53,855 bases of DNA from NCBI GenBank assembly GCA_037442925.1, contig JBBIPG010000008.1:1-53855 (forward strand), read 5' to 3'. The translations under genes and the position numbers were made by a program. This stretch comes from Candidatus Fraserbacteria bacterium (GTDB taxonomy: Bacteria > Bipolaricaulota > Bipolaricaulia > RBG-16-55-9). Numbering within the stretch: position 1 is the stretch's first letter; every line of letters starts with the position of its first letter. Shown here one piece after another: positions 1 to 10,300 of this stretch. The notes beneath the pieces were generated by a model. That model worked only from the letters and a program-made list of their open reading frames with translations, had not been told where the DNA came from and searched no databases.

Positions 1-613
1 TCTGCTGTCTCAGCTTTCCGAGAGCTTCATTGACCCGCTGATAGGTATGCCCTAGCATCTCCGCCAGCGTCTGGCAGGAGAGCTTCGGCTCGAGCCTCAC
101 ACCTTGAGGCGTGGCCTGTCCAAAGCGCCGGTGTAAAAACCAGAGGAGCACCGCAAGCTGATCTCGTAAGTCGCCTCGGGTGGCTGCTAGCAGGCGCACT
201 TGAAACTCATATGCCTCTTGGGCTAGTGAAGTGATAAGGCTCACTGTCAGCTCCTCCGAGTGACTCAGCAGACGACTCAGCTCTTGAGGCTTTAGGATCA
301 GAAGGCGCGTGGGCTTCAGTGTTTGTGCATATGCCCGCCGCACACTTGCGGTTAGAGCACTTCTGCCCAAGAGGTCTCCGGGTTTAAGCAATCTCAGCGA
401 GAAGGGTGTGCCATCCACCATGATATGAGCCACCTTGACTAAGCCTTCTAAAATCACGTACATCTCTTCAGACAGGTCCCCTTGCCCGAAGATGAGGGCT
501 CCGGCGGGGTAAGATGCCGTACGCAGATAAAGACCCTGCCGAGCGGCTTGTTCCAGAATCTGCCGACTGAGGCGTCTTGGTTTTTCTAATTCCTTCGGCG
601 ACCCGGCAGCCAT
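1..613 (-). CDS. Crp/Fnr family transcriptional regulator (3' end runs off window)
   Basis: Not in the ORF track because it has no stop in the window. Hand translation from ATG 613 (SD GGGGAG): MAAGSPKELE...YPAGALIFGQGDLSEEMYVILEGLVKV...LLKPGDLLG...AYAQTLKPTRLLIL...LSCQTLAEMLGHTYQRVNEALGKL, i.e. cNMP-binding domain plus Crp HTH. Confidence 0.88.
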   Translation of the reverse strand, partial: MAAGSPKELEKPRRLSRQILEQAARQGLYLRTASYPAGALIFGQGDLSEEMYVILEGLVKVAHIMVDGTPFSLRLLKPGDLLGRSALTASVRRAYAQTLKPTRLLILKPQELSRLLSHSEELTVSLITSLAQEAYEFQVRLLAATRGDLRDQLAVLLWFLHRRFGQATPQGVRLEPKLSCQTLAEMLGHTYQRVNEALGKLRQQ

Positions 614-844
614 AGTTCTCCCCGTAGGCCCGTGGCTTTGCGTCCCGCTCTTTCAAGCGGTTTGCCTTTATCGCGGTTGAACGACTTTACAGGTAGCATA
701 CATTACATGAGAAGTCAAGCGGCCGGATTAACAAGGATCTTGATTTCGATGGCTGCATTCCGTAAGATTACTCCATCTTGCCAGCGGGGGCGGCCTGACT
801 GGTGACGGCCCGCCTGGTCCGCTGGTCACACCAAGGTGATCTAT

Positions 845-2773
845 ATGATCCTCAAACTGCCTGACGGTCGCAGGCTGGAGGTCAACGAGCCCAGCGCACG
901 ACTGGGCGACGTCCTTCAAAAGCTCGACCCCAAACTGGCCAAGAAGGTCATCGGCGCTCGAATGAACGGCGAGTATGTTGATCTTTACTTCCGTTTGCCA
1001 CAAGGAGAGGGCGAACTGCTGCTCTTGACCCTTGAAGACGAAGGAGCCCGGTGGCTCTATCGTCATAGCATGGCCCACGTCATGGCCCAGGCTGTGAAAC
1101 GCCTCTTTCCGGAGACAAAGCTTGCCATCGGCCCGCCCATCGAAGAGGGTTTCTATTATGACTTCGACATGCCAGAGCCGTTCAAGCCCGAAGACCTCGA
1201 GAAGATCTCCGAAGAGATGAAAAAGATCATCAAAGAGAATCATCGCTTTGTGCGTCAGGAAGTCTCCCGCAAAGAAGCCCTCAAGATGCTCAAAGAGATG
1301 GACGAGCCCTACAAGCTGGAGATCCTCAACGAGCTGGAAGAGGGCGAAGAGATTTCATTCTACAAAGACGGTGAATTCATCGATCTCTGTCGCGGTCCGC
1401 ACATCCCCAGTTCGGGACTCGTCAAGCACTTTCAGCTTCTGGAGGTTGCGGGAGCCTACTGGCGCGGAGATGAGAAGAACAAGATGCTCCAGCGCATCTA
1501 CGGGACGGCCTTCTACAAGAAGGAAGATCTGGAGATATTCTTGAAGCGCCGAGAGGAAGCGGCCCGTCGGGATCACCGCCGCTTGGGCCGTGAGCTGGAG
1601 CTCTTTAGCATGGAAGAGGAGGTCGGCCCTGGGCTCATCTTCTGGCATCCCAAGGGAGTTGTCGTCCGTCGCGAGCTGGAGCAGTTTGCGATCGAAGAAC
1701 ACCTCAAGCGGGGCTACCAATATGTCGCCACTCCCCACTTGGGCCGCGCGAAGCTGTGGGAGATCAGCGGACACTTGAGCTATTACCGCGAGAACATGTA
1801 CCGGGTCGATATCGAGGGTCAAGAATACTTCGTCAAGCCCATGAACTGCCCGTTCCACATCATGATCTACAAATCAAAGACACGCTCGTATCGCGATCTG
1901 CCACTGAAGCTCGCGGAGTATGGCACGGTCTATCGCAACGAGAGGAGCGGTGTGCTCCATGGGCTGTTGCGTGTGCGCATGATCACCCAAGATGATGCAC
2001 ACATCTTCTGCACCCCAGAGCAGACTCAGGAGGTTGTGGCCGAAGTCGTTGATCTGGCCTTTCATATCTTGGGTACCCTCGGCTTCAAGGAGTACGAGAT
2101 TTCCCTCTCCGTGCGTGACCCCCAGAACTTGAGCAAGTACGCGGGCTCTGATGAGGATTGGCAAAGGGCTGAGAGCGTGCTCGAAGCTGTGTTGCAAGCT
2201 AAGGGGCTGCCCTATAAGCGCATGGAAGGCGAAGCTCAATTCTACGGGCCCAAGATCGACGTGCACGTAAAGGACGCCATCGGACGGCTCTGGCAGCTTA
2301 CAACCGTCCAGTTTGATTTCGTGCTGCCGGAACGCTTTGACTGTACGTACGCGGCAGAAGACGGTCGTGAACACCGACCCTGCATCATCCACCGGGCGCT
2401 CTTTGGGGCATTGGAGCGCTTCTTCGGCATCTTGATCGAGCACTATGCCGGGGCCTTCCCTCTCTGGTTGGCTCCCGTGCAGGTGGCTGTGCTCCCCATC
2501 GCGGATCGGCACGTCGATTACGCACAACCCCTGCTGGAAAAGCTCAGGCGTGCGGGCATCCGCGCGGAACTCAGCTATTCCAAGCACAAGACGCTCAGCT
2601 ATCGCGTGCGAGAAGCCCAGCTCCAGAAGATCCCCTATATGCTGGTGGTGGGGGACAAAGAAATTGAGAGCGGATCGGTGGCGGTGCGTCGGCGCACGGG
2701 GGAAGACTTGGGGCCGCAACGGCCGGAGGCCTTCATCGAGAAGCTACAACGAGAAGTGGCGGAGCGACGATAA
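845..2773 (+). CDS. thrS: Threonine--tRNA ligase
   Basis: TGS domain, RHSMAHVMAQA, DLCRGPH, AGAYWRGD, KPMNCP, GLLRVR, FYGPKID, IIHRA motifs. ATG 845 follows AAGGTG; ORF track starts at GTG 836. Confidence 0.98.
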   Translation: MILKLPDGRRLEVNEPSARLGDVLQKLDPKLAKKVIGARMNGEYVDLYFRLPQGEGELLLLTLEDEGARWLYRHSMAHVMAQAVKRLFPETKLAIGPPIEEGFYYDFDMPEPFKPEDLEKISEEMKKIIKENHRFVRQEVSRKEALKMLKEMDEPYKLEILNELEEGEEISFYKDGEFIDLCRGPHIPSSGLVKHFQLLEVAGAYWRGDEKNKMLQRIYGTAFYKKEDLEIFLKRREEAARRDHRRLGRELELFSMEEEVGPGLIFWHPKGVVVRRELEQFAIEEHLKRGYQYVATPHLGRAKLWEISGHLSYYRENMYRVDIEGQEYFVKPMNCPFHIMIYKSKTRSYRDLPLKLAEYGTVYRNERSGVLHGLLRVRMITQDDAHIFCTPEQTQEVVAEVVDLAFHILGTLGFKEYEISLSVRDPQNLSKYAGSDEDWQRAESVLEAVLQAKGLPYKRMEGEAQFYGPKIDVHVKDAIGRLWQLTTVQFDFVLPERFDCTYAAEDGREHRPCIIHRALFGALERFFGILIEHYAGAFPLWLAPVQVAVLPIADRHVDYAQPLLEKLRRAGIRAELSYSKHKTLSYRVREAQLQKIPYMLVVGDKEIESGSVAVRRRTGEDLGPQRPEAFIEKLQREVAERR

Positions 2774-2790
2774 AGGCGATAAAGAAGTTG

Positions 2791-3291
2791 CTACAAGGAG
2801 TTCACCATGAGGTAGGCATCTTGTCCCAGGCCATAATAGTTGCGGAATCGCTCTTGGATGCGGAATCCATGCTTCTCGTAGAGGCGTATGGCCGTGTGAT
2901 TGTCCACCCGGACTTCGAGTTCGACGGCGTTGGCCCCTAATTCCTTGAGGTATCGCAGTCCCTGATGCAGAAGGAAACTGCCGAGCCCCTTCCTTCGGCA
3001 GGCCGGCTCGATGGCCAGGTTCATGATGTGCCCTGTGCGCTCTTCCAGATCCACTCGTTGGCCCACGAGGGCCCGGGTGCGTTTCTCCAAACGTTGCCAG
3101 AGAGAGGGAATCTTGATTCCCACGATGATAAATCCCACGATCTGGCCGTCACGCTCGTAGACCAGGAAGCCCTGCTCTCCCAGATGGCTTCGTAAGAGCG
3201 TTGCGGGCCACGGAGATTGAAACGACGTCTTCTCGATCTCCAGGATGCGTGGCAGATCCGTCTCAGTCGCCGGGCGTACGCTCATGGGCAT
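2791..3291 (-). CDS. rimI: RimI/Ard1-like GNAT N-acetyltransferase
   Basis: EIEKTSFQSPW, GHIMNLAI, RRKGLG, LEVRVDN..AIRLYEKHGF, NYY...DAYLM. Confidence 0.85.
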   Translation of the reverse strand: MPMSVRPATETDLPRILEIEKTSFQSPWPATLLRSHLGEQGFLVYERDGQIVGFIIVGIKIPSLWQRLEKRTRALVGQRVDLEERTGHIMNLAIEPACRRKGLGSFLLHQGLRYLKELGANAVELEVRVDNHTAIRLYEKHGFRIQERFRNYYGLGQDAYLMVNSL

Positions 3292-3433
3292 GGTACCCGC
3301 GCGGGAGATTATATCAAGCGTTGAGCGTTCGGCTCCAGGAGCAGCGGCTCATCCCACGGAAGTGTCATATGCTCTATGTAGATTGCGTGGAGCGTAAAAC
3401 TCCTTTCTGTACGCTGTTTCCCCTCTATGGATC

Positions 3434-3462
3434 TTGACGAGGGCTGCGCTTTTTGCTACAAT
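3434..3462 (+). promoter_or_regulatory. sigma70-type promoter for hpf operon
   Basis: TTGACG-17 nt-TACAAT with extended -10 TG, 18 nt before ATG 3480. Confidence 0.7.
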
Positions 3463-3479
3463 GCTATGGTACGAGGACG

Positions 3480-4001
3480 ATGAAAATCACAGTAGCGGAG
3501 AGGCACATGCAGGCGAGTGAGGCCCTGCGTCGTCATGCCGTGTCCAAGGTCGAGCACCTGAACCGCTACTTCGATGGGATCATCAGCGTAGACGTGGTGC
3601 TCGAGGCGGAGAAAGCGCGGCAGATCTGCGAGTTGGTGGCCCACCTCATCCGGAAGAAAGTCTTGAAGGCCTCTGCAGAGGCGCAAGACATGCATGCGGC
3701 CGTCGATAATGCTATCGATAAGCTCAAGACCCAGCTGAGCCGTTATAAGAGCCGTTTGAAGGAGAATCGATCGAAGATCAGGACGAAGGAGATTCCCCTG
3801 GAGGGCGATCATCAATCTAGGGAACTCCAGCGAGTCCAGGTCTTCTTGAAGAAACCCATGACCCCCGAGGAAGCCATCCTCCAGCTAGAGTCGTACCAGA
3901 AGAAGGATTTCCTCATCTTCATGGATGCCGAACGCGAGGCGCTCAGTGTCCTCCGGCGCCTATCCGATGGGCGGTATGAACTGCTGGAACCCGTGTACTA
4001 G
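3480..4001 (+). CDS. hpf: Ribosome hibernation promoting factor (long HPF/RaiA family)
   Basis: MKITVAERHMQASEALRRHAVSKVEHLNRYFD...DMHAAVDNAIDKLKTQL; C-terminal KPMTPEEAILQL...VLRRLSDGRYELLEP domain. Confidence 0.92.
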   Translation: MKITVAERHMQASEALRRHAVSKVEHLNRYFDGIISVDVVLEAEKARQICELVAHLIRKKVLKASAEAQDMHAAVDNAIDKLKTQLSRYKSRLKENRSKIRTKEIPLEGDHQSRELQRVQVFLKKPMTPEEAILQLESYQKKDFLIFMDAEREALSVLRRLSDGRYELLEPVY

Positions 4002-4063
4002 GGGGGGGATTGGGATTCATGTGCTGAGGACTCAGCGATTGCTCTAGGTATGGAGGGAAGGGG

Positions 4064-5086
4064 ATGGCCAAGGCAGTCTCTCTCTTTTCGGGAAGCCTGG
4101 CGAGTATCGTAGCTACGAAGCTGATTATGCAGGAACCGGGTGTGGAGGAGGTCAAACTCCTCCACTTTCGTTCACCATTTTTCCGGGATTACGACCGCAG
4201 CAAAGAGCTGGGGAAAGCGCACTTCAACGGTTCCTTCCGCAGTCAGAGCGTCAAGAAGGACTTCACAGAGCTCACGAACATTCCCCCTACCGGTGGGTAC
4301 GATGTCAAGAGGTGCTGTACCGGATGTCGCAGGCTGATGCTCCGAAAGGCGACTCGCTACATGAGGAAGGTCGGGGCGGATTTCCTGGTGACCGGCGAGA
4401 TTGTGGGCACGCGGGGTCTTAAGGCGAATGACATCGTACAACTGACACGCGAGGTAGCTATGGAAGACCGCGTCCTTCGTCCACTCTCTGCCAGACTCCT
4501 ACCGCCCACTCTACCGGAGCGGCAAGGCTGGGTCGAACGAAAACACCTGAAGGGCTTCACAGCGGATGATCCTGCTGCGCTCGTTCGAGTGGCCCGCAAG
4601 CTGGGCATCGAGACGGAAGGGTTTCCCGCAGAGAAGCGTTGTAAGCTCATGCTCCCCTACTTCGGCCAGCGTCTGGAAGACCTCTTGCGAGAAGACCATC
4701 TCACCTTAAACGGTCTAGAATTGCTGGAATTCCCGCTTTACTACAAGAGACCACCCGATGTGAAGATTGTGCTTGGCCGGGATGAGGAGGAGAAGAAGAG
4801 GCTACAGAACTTCTTCCTGCCGGACGATCTGAGACTCTACGTCCCTGTCAACGATGGGCCGATCGCGCTCGTTCGTGCCAACTGGCACGAGAAGAGCGAG
4901 CGCGAGGTGCTACAGATCATCGAGCTGGCCGCGCGGATCACGGCGATGCACGTCGATCCGGGCCCGCAGCACCGTGTGCAGGCCAATTATCGTTTCGAAA
5001 ACTCTCAGGAGACCTATCGGATCAACATCGCGCCCTTTGCCTCCCAGCGCGAACTGGAAAAACACTGTGTCCGGCTCGACTTCTAG
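4064..5086 (+). CDS. ThiI/MnmA-like PP-loop family protein with degenerate motif
   Basis: N-terminal AVSLFSGSLAS (cf. SGGLDS), CTGCRRLML, FLVTGEIVG, VLRPLSARLLPPTLPE, KIVLGRDEEE. Confidence 0.75.
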   Translation: MAKAVSLFSGSLASIVATKLIMQEPGVEEVKLLHFRSPFFRDYDRSKELGKAHFNGSFRSQSVKKDFTELTNIPPTGGYDVKRCCTGCRRLMLRKATRYMRKVGADFLVTGEIVGTRGLKANDIVQLTREVAMEDRVLRPLSARLLPPTLPERQGWVERKHLKGFTADDPAALVRVARKLGIETEGFPAEKRCKLMLPYFGQRLEDLLREDHLTLNGLELLEFPLYYKRPPDVKIVLGRDEEEKKRLQNFFLPDDLRLYVPVNDGPIALVRANWHEKSEREVLQIIELAARITAMHVDPGPQHRVQANYRFENSQETYRINIAPFASQRELEKHCVRLDF

Positions 5087-5134
5087 CCGGTGAGCCCACC
5101 TGATGTCGGACGTGCAAGAAAGAGCTCTTCCCCT

Positions 5135-7099
5135 ATGGAGAAGTCCAATGTGCTGCAAGCTCTAAACCCAGAGCAGCGCGAGGCCGTCACCCACATCGAG
5201 GGCCCTCTTTTGATCCTTGCCGGGCCAGGCAGCGGGAAGACCAAAGTCATCACTCACCGCATTGCGTACTTGCTGGAGCAGGGCATCTCCCATCAGCGGA
5301 TCTTGGGTGTGACATTCACGAACAAAGCGGCAGAGGAGATGCGATCTCGAGTAGAAGCTCTCTTGGGAGCCAGTCACCCCCTCCCCTGGATCCATACATT
5401 TCATGCCGCGTGCGCCCGGATATTACGCGCACACATCTCTCAGCTATCTCCTCGCTACAACAGCTACTTTTCCATTCTGGATGAGGGGGATCAACACGAA
5501 GTGATCACGCAGGCTATCAAAGAGCTCGATCTTGATTGCGATGAGATCAGCCCTGGAATATGTGCCGCTCTGATCGACCGAGCCAAGGATGAACTGGTCG
5601 GCCCGGAGGACTTCAAAGGCAAGCACGCGGGGAGACTCGATTCGTTCCTACTGGAAGTGGTGGCCCGTGTCTATCGTCGCTATCAAGAGATCCTCGAAAC
5701 CAGCAACGCGCTCGATTTCGGGGACCTTTTGAGGTTGACCGTGCAACTCTTGCACCAGCGGCTGGATATTTTGAATCACTATCGGGACCGCTTTCAGTTC
5801 CTGCTGATCGACGAGTACCAAGACATCAATCACGCCCAGTACATCTTTGCACGCACGCTGGCCGAACGCTCCGAAAACATCGCCGTAGTAGGCGATGAGG
5901 ATCAAGCCATCTTCAGTTGGAGGGGATCGGATCCTTCGTACATCTTGCGCTTTACTCGAGATTTCCCCCGCGCCCGTGTGGTCGAGCTTCGAAGACACTA
6001 TCGCTGGCCTCATGGAGATCGTATCTTCAAAGCTGCGCGCCAGTTGATCACGCACAATACGTTGAGAGTGAAATCGAAGGAGTTCGCTTCTCTTAAGGGC
6101 CAGGGCGAACGGATTCGCCTGTACGTGGCCAACGACGAGCTCGACGAGGCTCAAGCCATCGCTCACGAGATTGCCCATCTCTGGCAGGGCGGGGGGATCG
6201 ACCTCAATCAGATTGCTGTGCTCTACCGGGTGAATACCCTCTCGAGGGTGCTGGAAGAAGCGTTCATTCGCGAGCGAATCCCCTATGAGATCGTGCGGGG
6301 GTTGCGCTTCTATGAGCGCAGGGAAGTCAAAGATCTATTGGCCTATTTGAAGTTTCTGGCGAACCCCGGCGACGAGATCAGCCTGCTGCGGGCACTCGCG
6401 CGCCCTAAGAGGGGCTTGGGGGAAGCGACCATCGGCAGACTGCAGCGTCTTGCGGCTCAAGAGAAGCTCTCGCTCTGGGAGGTGATGAAGAAGGCTTCTG
6501 TCCAGCCGAACGGGTCTCTTCGAGGCCAACAGGCTCGAGCCCTTCAAGAGTTCGCATCGCTCATGGAGGAGCTTCAAAAGCTCAGTCGGGATCTCGTCCC
6601 CAGTGAGCTGGCGCAGGCGATTTTGGAGAGGACAGGCTACTTGTCGGAGCTGTCGAAGGGCTCAGACGGCGAAGAACGATGGGGCAATCTTCGAGAGCTT
6701 CTAGGCCAGATGCGAGAATATGAGAGCAGGGGAGGTCAGGGACTGGCGGGGTTCTTGGAGCAGATCGCCTTGCTTTCGGATGTGGACCGTTATTCGGGGG
6801 AAGCGGGATGTGTGGCGCTCATGACGCTTCATGCGGCGAAGGGTCTGGAGTTCGAGTGCGTCTTTCTCGTCGGTTTGGAGGAGAACCTGCTGCCTCATGC
6901 TCGCTCGATTGCGGAGGGAATGCTCGAAGAGGAGCGGCGTCTTCTCTATGTGGGCATGACCCGTGCTCGCCGGCGGCTCTATCTGTCGTTTGCCCATCAG
7001 AGATCGCTCTACGGGAGTCTCATGCTCAACGGCCCTTCTCGGTTCCTCTCCGAGCTTCCCTCGGAGGATGTCGCTGTCGTCGAGGTGGTAGGGGAATAG
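5135..7099 (+). CDS. pcrA: UvrD/PcrA SF1A DNA helicase
   Basis: LNPEQ, AGPGSGKT, TFTNKAA, IDEYQD, VGDEDQAIFSWRG, MTLHAAKGLEF, EEERRLLYVGMTRA. Start uncertain (5090/5135/5150). Confidence 0.93.
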   Translation: MEKSNVLQALNPEQREAVTHIEGPLLILAGPGSGKTKVITHRIAYLLEQGISHQRILGVTFTNKAAEEMRSRVEALLGASHPLPWIHTFHAACARILRAHISQLSPRYNSYFSILDEGDQHEVITQAIKELDLDCDEISPGICAALIDRAKDELVGPEDFKGKHAGRLDSFLLEVVARVYRRYQEILETSNALDFGDLLRLTVQLLHQRLDILNHYRDRFQFLLIDEYQDINHAQYIFARTLAERSENIAVVGDEDQAIFSWRGSDPSYILRFTRDFPRARVVELRRHYRWPHGDRIFKAARQLITHNTLRVKSKEFASLKGQGERIRLYVANDELDEAQAIAHEIAHLWQGGGIDLNQIAVLYRVNTLSRVLEEAFIRERIPYEIVRGLRFYERREVKDLLAYLKFLANPGDEISLLRALARPKRGLGEATIGRLQRLAAQEKLSLWEVMKKASVQPNGSLRGQQARALQEFASLMEELQKLSRDLVPSELAQAILERTGYLSELSKGSDGEERWGNLRELLGQMREYESRGGQGLAGFLEQIALLSDVDRYSGEAGCVALMTLHAAKGLEFECVFLVGLEENLLPHARSIAEGMLEEERRLLYVGMTRARRRLYLSFAHQRSLYGSLMLNGPSRFLSELPSEDVAVVEVVGE

Positions 7100-7108
7100 C
7101 CGGCGCGC

Positions 7109-7136
7109 TTGAAACGGGTTGACTTTCTGGTATACT
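7109..7136 (+). promoter_or_regulatory. sigma70-type promoter upstream of rpoC
   Basis: TTGAAA-16 nt-TATACT with extended -10 TG. Confidence 0.6.
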
Positions 7137-7304
7137 TAAAGGTCACGGTGCCTTTCCAACGATACGGGCGGATATGGGTTCATGTAAGGCTTTTCTATTG
7201 TTTCCATGCTGAAACTCGTTCCAAGCTATGTTGGGCGAAGGTATTGGACGGAGCAGGGGGTCTTTCTCACCAACACGTGATGAAGAGATGAGGGGTGACT
7301 TCAC

Positions 7305-10300
7305 TTGATTCGAGGGGACGACATCGTTCGGGTCCGGCTGGGACTCGCCTCGCCGGAGGAGATCAAGAGCTGGTCTCACGGCGAGGTCACCGAGTCGGAA
7401 ACGATCAATTACCGCAGCTATAAGCCGGAACGCGGGGGTCTCTACGCGGAGGAGATCTTCGGGCCGGAGAAGGACTACGAGTGTGCCTGTGGGAAGCTTC
7501 GCGGCCGCAAGTATGAGGGGCTCACCTGCGACAAGTGCAATGTGCTGGTCACCAGCCGGGATGTGCGGCGCTCCAATATGGGCCACATCGAGCTAGCTAG
7601 CCCGGTGGTGCACTTCTGGTACATCAAGGGCATTTCGAGCCCTCTAAGCACGTTGCTCGGCATCAAACGCAACGACCTCAAGAGGATCGCCTACTATGAG
7701 ACGCAGCAACATGAAGAGGACGTCTATCTCGTGTTGCGCTCTTCGGGATCTGAGCTGGAAGAAGGCGAGAGGATCTACCGCTCGCAGTACGAGATTCTAA
7801 GCCGCAAGAAGAAGATCGTTGCCGAGCCTGCCTATCAGGTCCAAGAGGGAACCGAGGTGCGCGCGCAAGCATCCGGCCAAGTAACCTTTGAGGAACTCAA
7901 ACTGGAGAACGGACAGACGATGAGGGTCATTCGCATCGGAGAGAAAGACCACTTGGTCACTCCCCAGGCTCAACTCACGGTGAAGAAGGGCAGTCGGGTG
8001 GAAGAGGGCGAGCTCTTGGCGGCTTCCCCGGCGGGACCGGAGGAGTGGATCACCGAGACTCAATGCAATCTCTTGAAGACCGTCTACCCGGACCTACAAG
8101 CCCAGCGGGTCCGTGAGGTCGTCGACAGCTTGATTTACCTCGTCACGTCGGTGAAAAACCCTTCCTTGCCCTTCAAGGTAGGAGATCGGCTGTGGGAGCC
8201 TGAACTGCGCGCGTACGAGAAGCTCTACCCCAGGCAGTTCGAAGCGGCAGCGGGCGCGGAGGGGATTCAGGGAGTCCTTGCGAACCTCGATCTCGATGCT
8301 TGGGCGGAAGAATTGCGGGCTCAGGTGGAGGCGGAGCCGAGTGCCGGTCGTAGAAAACGCTTGCTCAAACGGCTGGAGGTCATCGATCAGCTGAGGAAGT
8401 CGGGTAACCACGCCCAAGACATGGTCTTGAGCATCATCCCGGTGCTTCCGCCAGAGCTGCGCCCGATTGTTCAGCTGGAGGGTGGCAAATTTGCCACGAC
8501 CGATCTTAATGATCTCTATCGGCGCATCATCAACCGCAACAACCGGTTGAAGAAATTGCAGGAGATGGGGGCTCCCGAGATCATCTTGCGCAACGAGCGG
8601 CGCATGCTCCAAGAGGCCGTCGATGCCCTGATCCACAACGAGAAGAAGGACAGCCCCATCTTGGGCCGCGATAATCGCCCCTTGAAGTCACTGAGCGAGC
8701 GCATTCAAGGCAAGCATGGGCGCCTGCGCCGAAACCTCTTGGGTAAGCGCGTGGACTACTCCGGCCGTGCGGTGATTGTCGTCAACCCCAAACTGAAGCT
8801 CCATCAATGCGGCTTGCCCAAGAAGATGGCCCTAGAACTCTTCAAGCCCTTCATCCTTCGGGAGCTCTCTCAAGAAGATTCGCACCACATCTCCAACTAC
8901 GATGAAGTCAAGAACAAAGCCCTCTCCGGTGAGATGCCCAAGGTCTGGGATATTCTCGAACGGTTGATTAAAGAACACCCGGTCCTGCTCAACCGCGCGC
9001 CCACGCTGCACCGACTGGGCATCCAGGCGTTTGAGCCCGTGTTGGTCGATGGCGAAGCCATCCAGATTCATCCCTTCGTCTGCCCGCCCTACAACGCGGA
9101 CTTCGATGGCGACCAGATGGCCACGCACTTGCCGCTCGCTCCGGAAGCGATCACAGAAGCGCGCGAACGGATGCTCTCATCGCGGAATATTCTGTCCCCC
9201 GCCAGTGGTGTGCCTCTCACCATGCCTACCAAGGACTTTGTCTTCGCCTTCTATTATCTTACGCTGGAGAACCCGGAAGGGCGTGGTCGCGGCAAGGTCT
9301 TTGCCAGCATCCGGGAAGCGGAGCGAGCGCGTGAGATCGGCGCTCTGGATCTGCACACGCCTGTCAAGATCCGCATCGAGGGGAAGATCATCGACACGAC
9401 GTTGGGGCGAGCTCAGCTCAATCAACTCCTGCCCGAAGATTTGCGGAATTATCAAAAGACCCTGGATGCCGGAGATATCGAGCAACTGATCATGGAGTGC
9501 TACCACCGCTACGGCAACGACCGGACGGTAGAGCTGCTGGACGCGCTCAAGGAGCAAGCGCTGACGGCCATGACGCAGTCCGGGCTCACCATCTCCGTCA
9601 CCGACGCGCTCATCCCGTCTGAAAAGTCGAAGATCCTACGGGAAGCAGAGGAGAGGGTGAGGCGCATTCATCAGATGTACGAGCGGGGATTGGCCACCGC
9701 CGAGGATCGGCGAGCTGCCACGATCAAGGTCTGGATGGAGACGGTCGATAAGATGGAGAAGGCCACCATGCAGCATCTGGCTCACCATCCCTTCAATCCG
9801 ATCTATATGGTGGTTCGGTCCCGTGCTCGTGGGAGCGCCAATCAGGTGAAGCAGCTCGCCGGGATGCGCGGTCCGATGACAGACCCAGCAGGGCGCATCA
9901 TCGAGATGCCGGTTAAGTCCAACTTCCGTGAGGGACTCAGTGTCATGGAATACTTCATCAGTACCCACGGTGGACGGAAGGGCACAGCCGATACGGCACT
10001 CAAGACGGCCGAGTCGGGTTACCTCACCCGACGGCTTGTGGACGTCGCGGAAGAACTCATCATCAAGGAAGAGGACTGCGGTACGCAGGCCGGAATTGAG
10101 ATCGACCCGTTGCGCTACAGCCGGGATGAGATCATGCTCAGCATCGAAGAGCGGATCTACAGCCGCATCACAGCAGAGCCCGTGCGCTTCGCCGGCAAAG
10201 TCTTGCTCGAGCGCGATCAGCTCATCGATCGCAAGAAGGCAGCCGAGCTGGGGCATCTGACGATGACGCTCTCCCCTCGTGAGACGAAGTTTGTGGAGAA

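Noticed and set aside
620..835. T-box riboswitch upstream of thrS
   Set aside because: No T-box consensus (GGTGG.ACC) or terminator with U-tract, and the leader is too short.
4001..4008. G8 run after hpf as a phase-variation tract
   Set aside because: Intergenic, short, and not within a recognisable promoter spacer or ORF.
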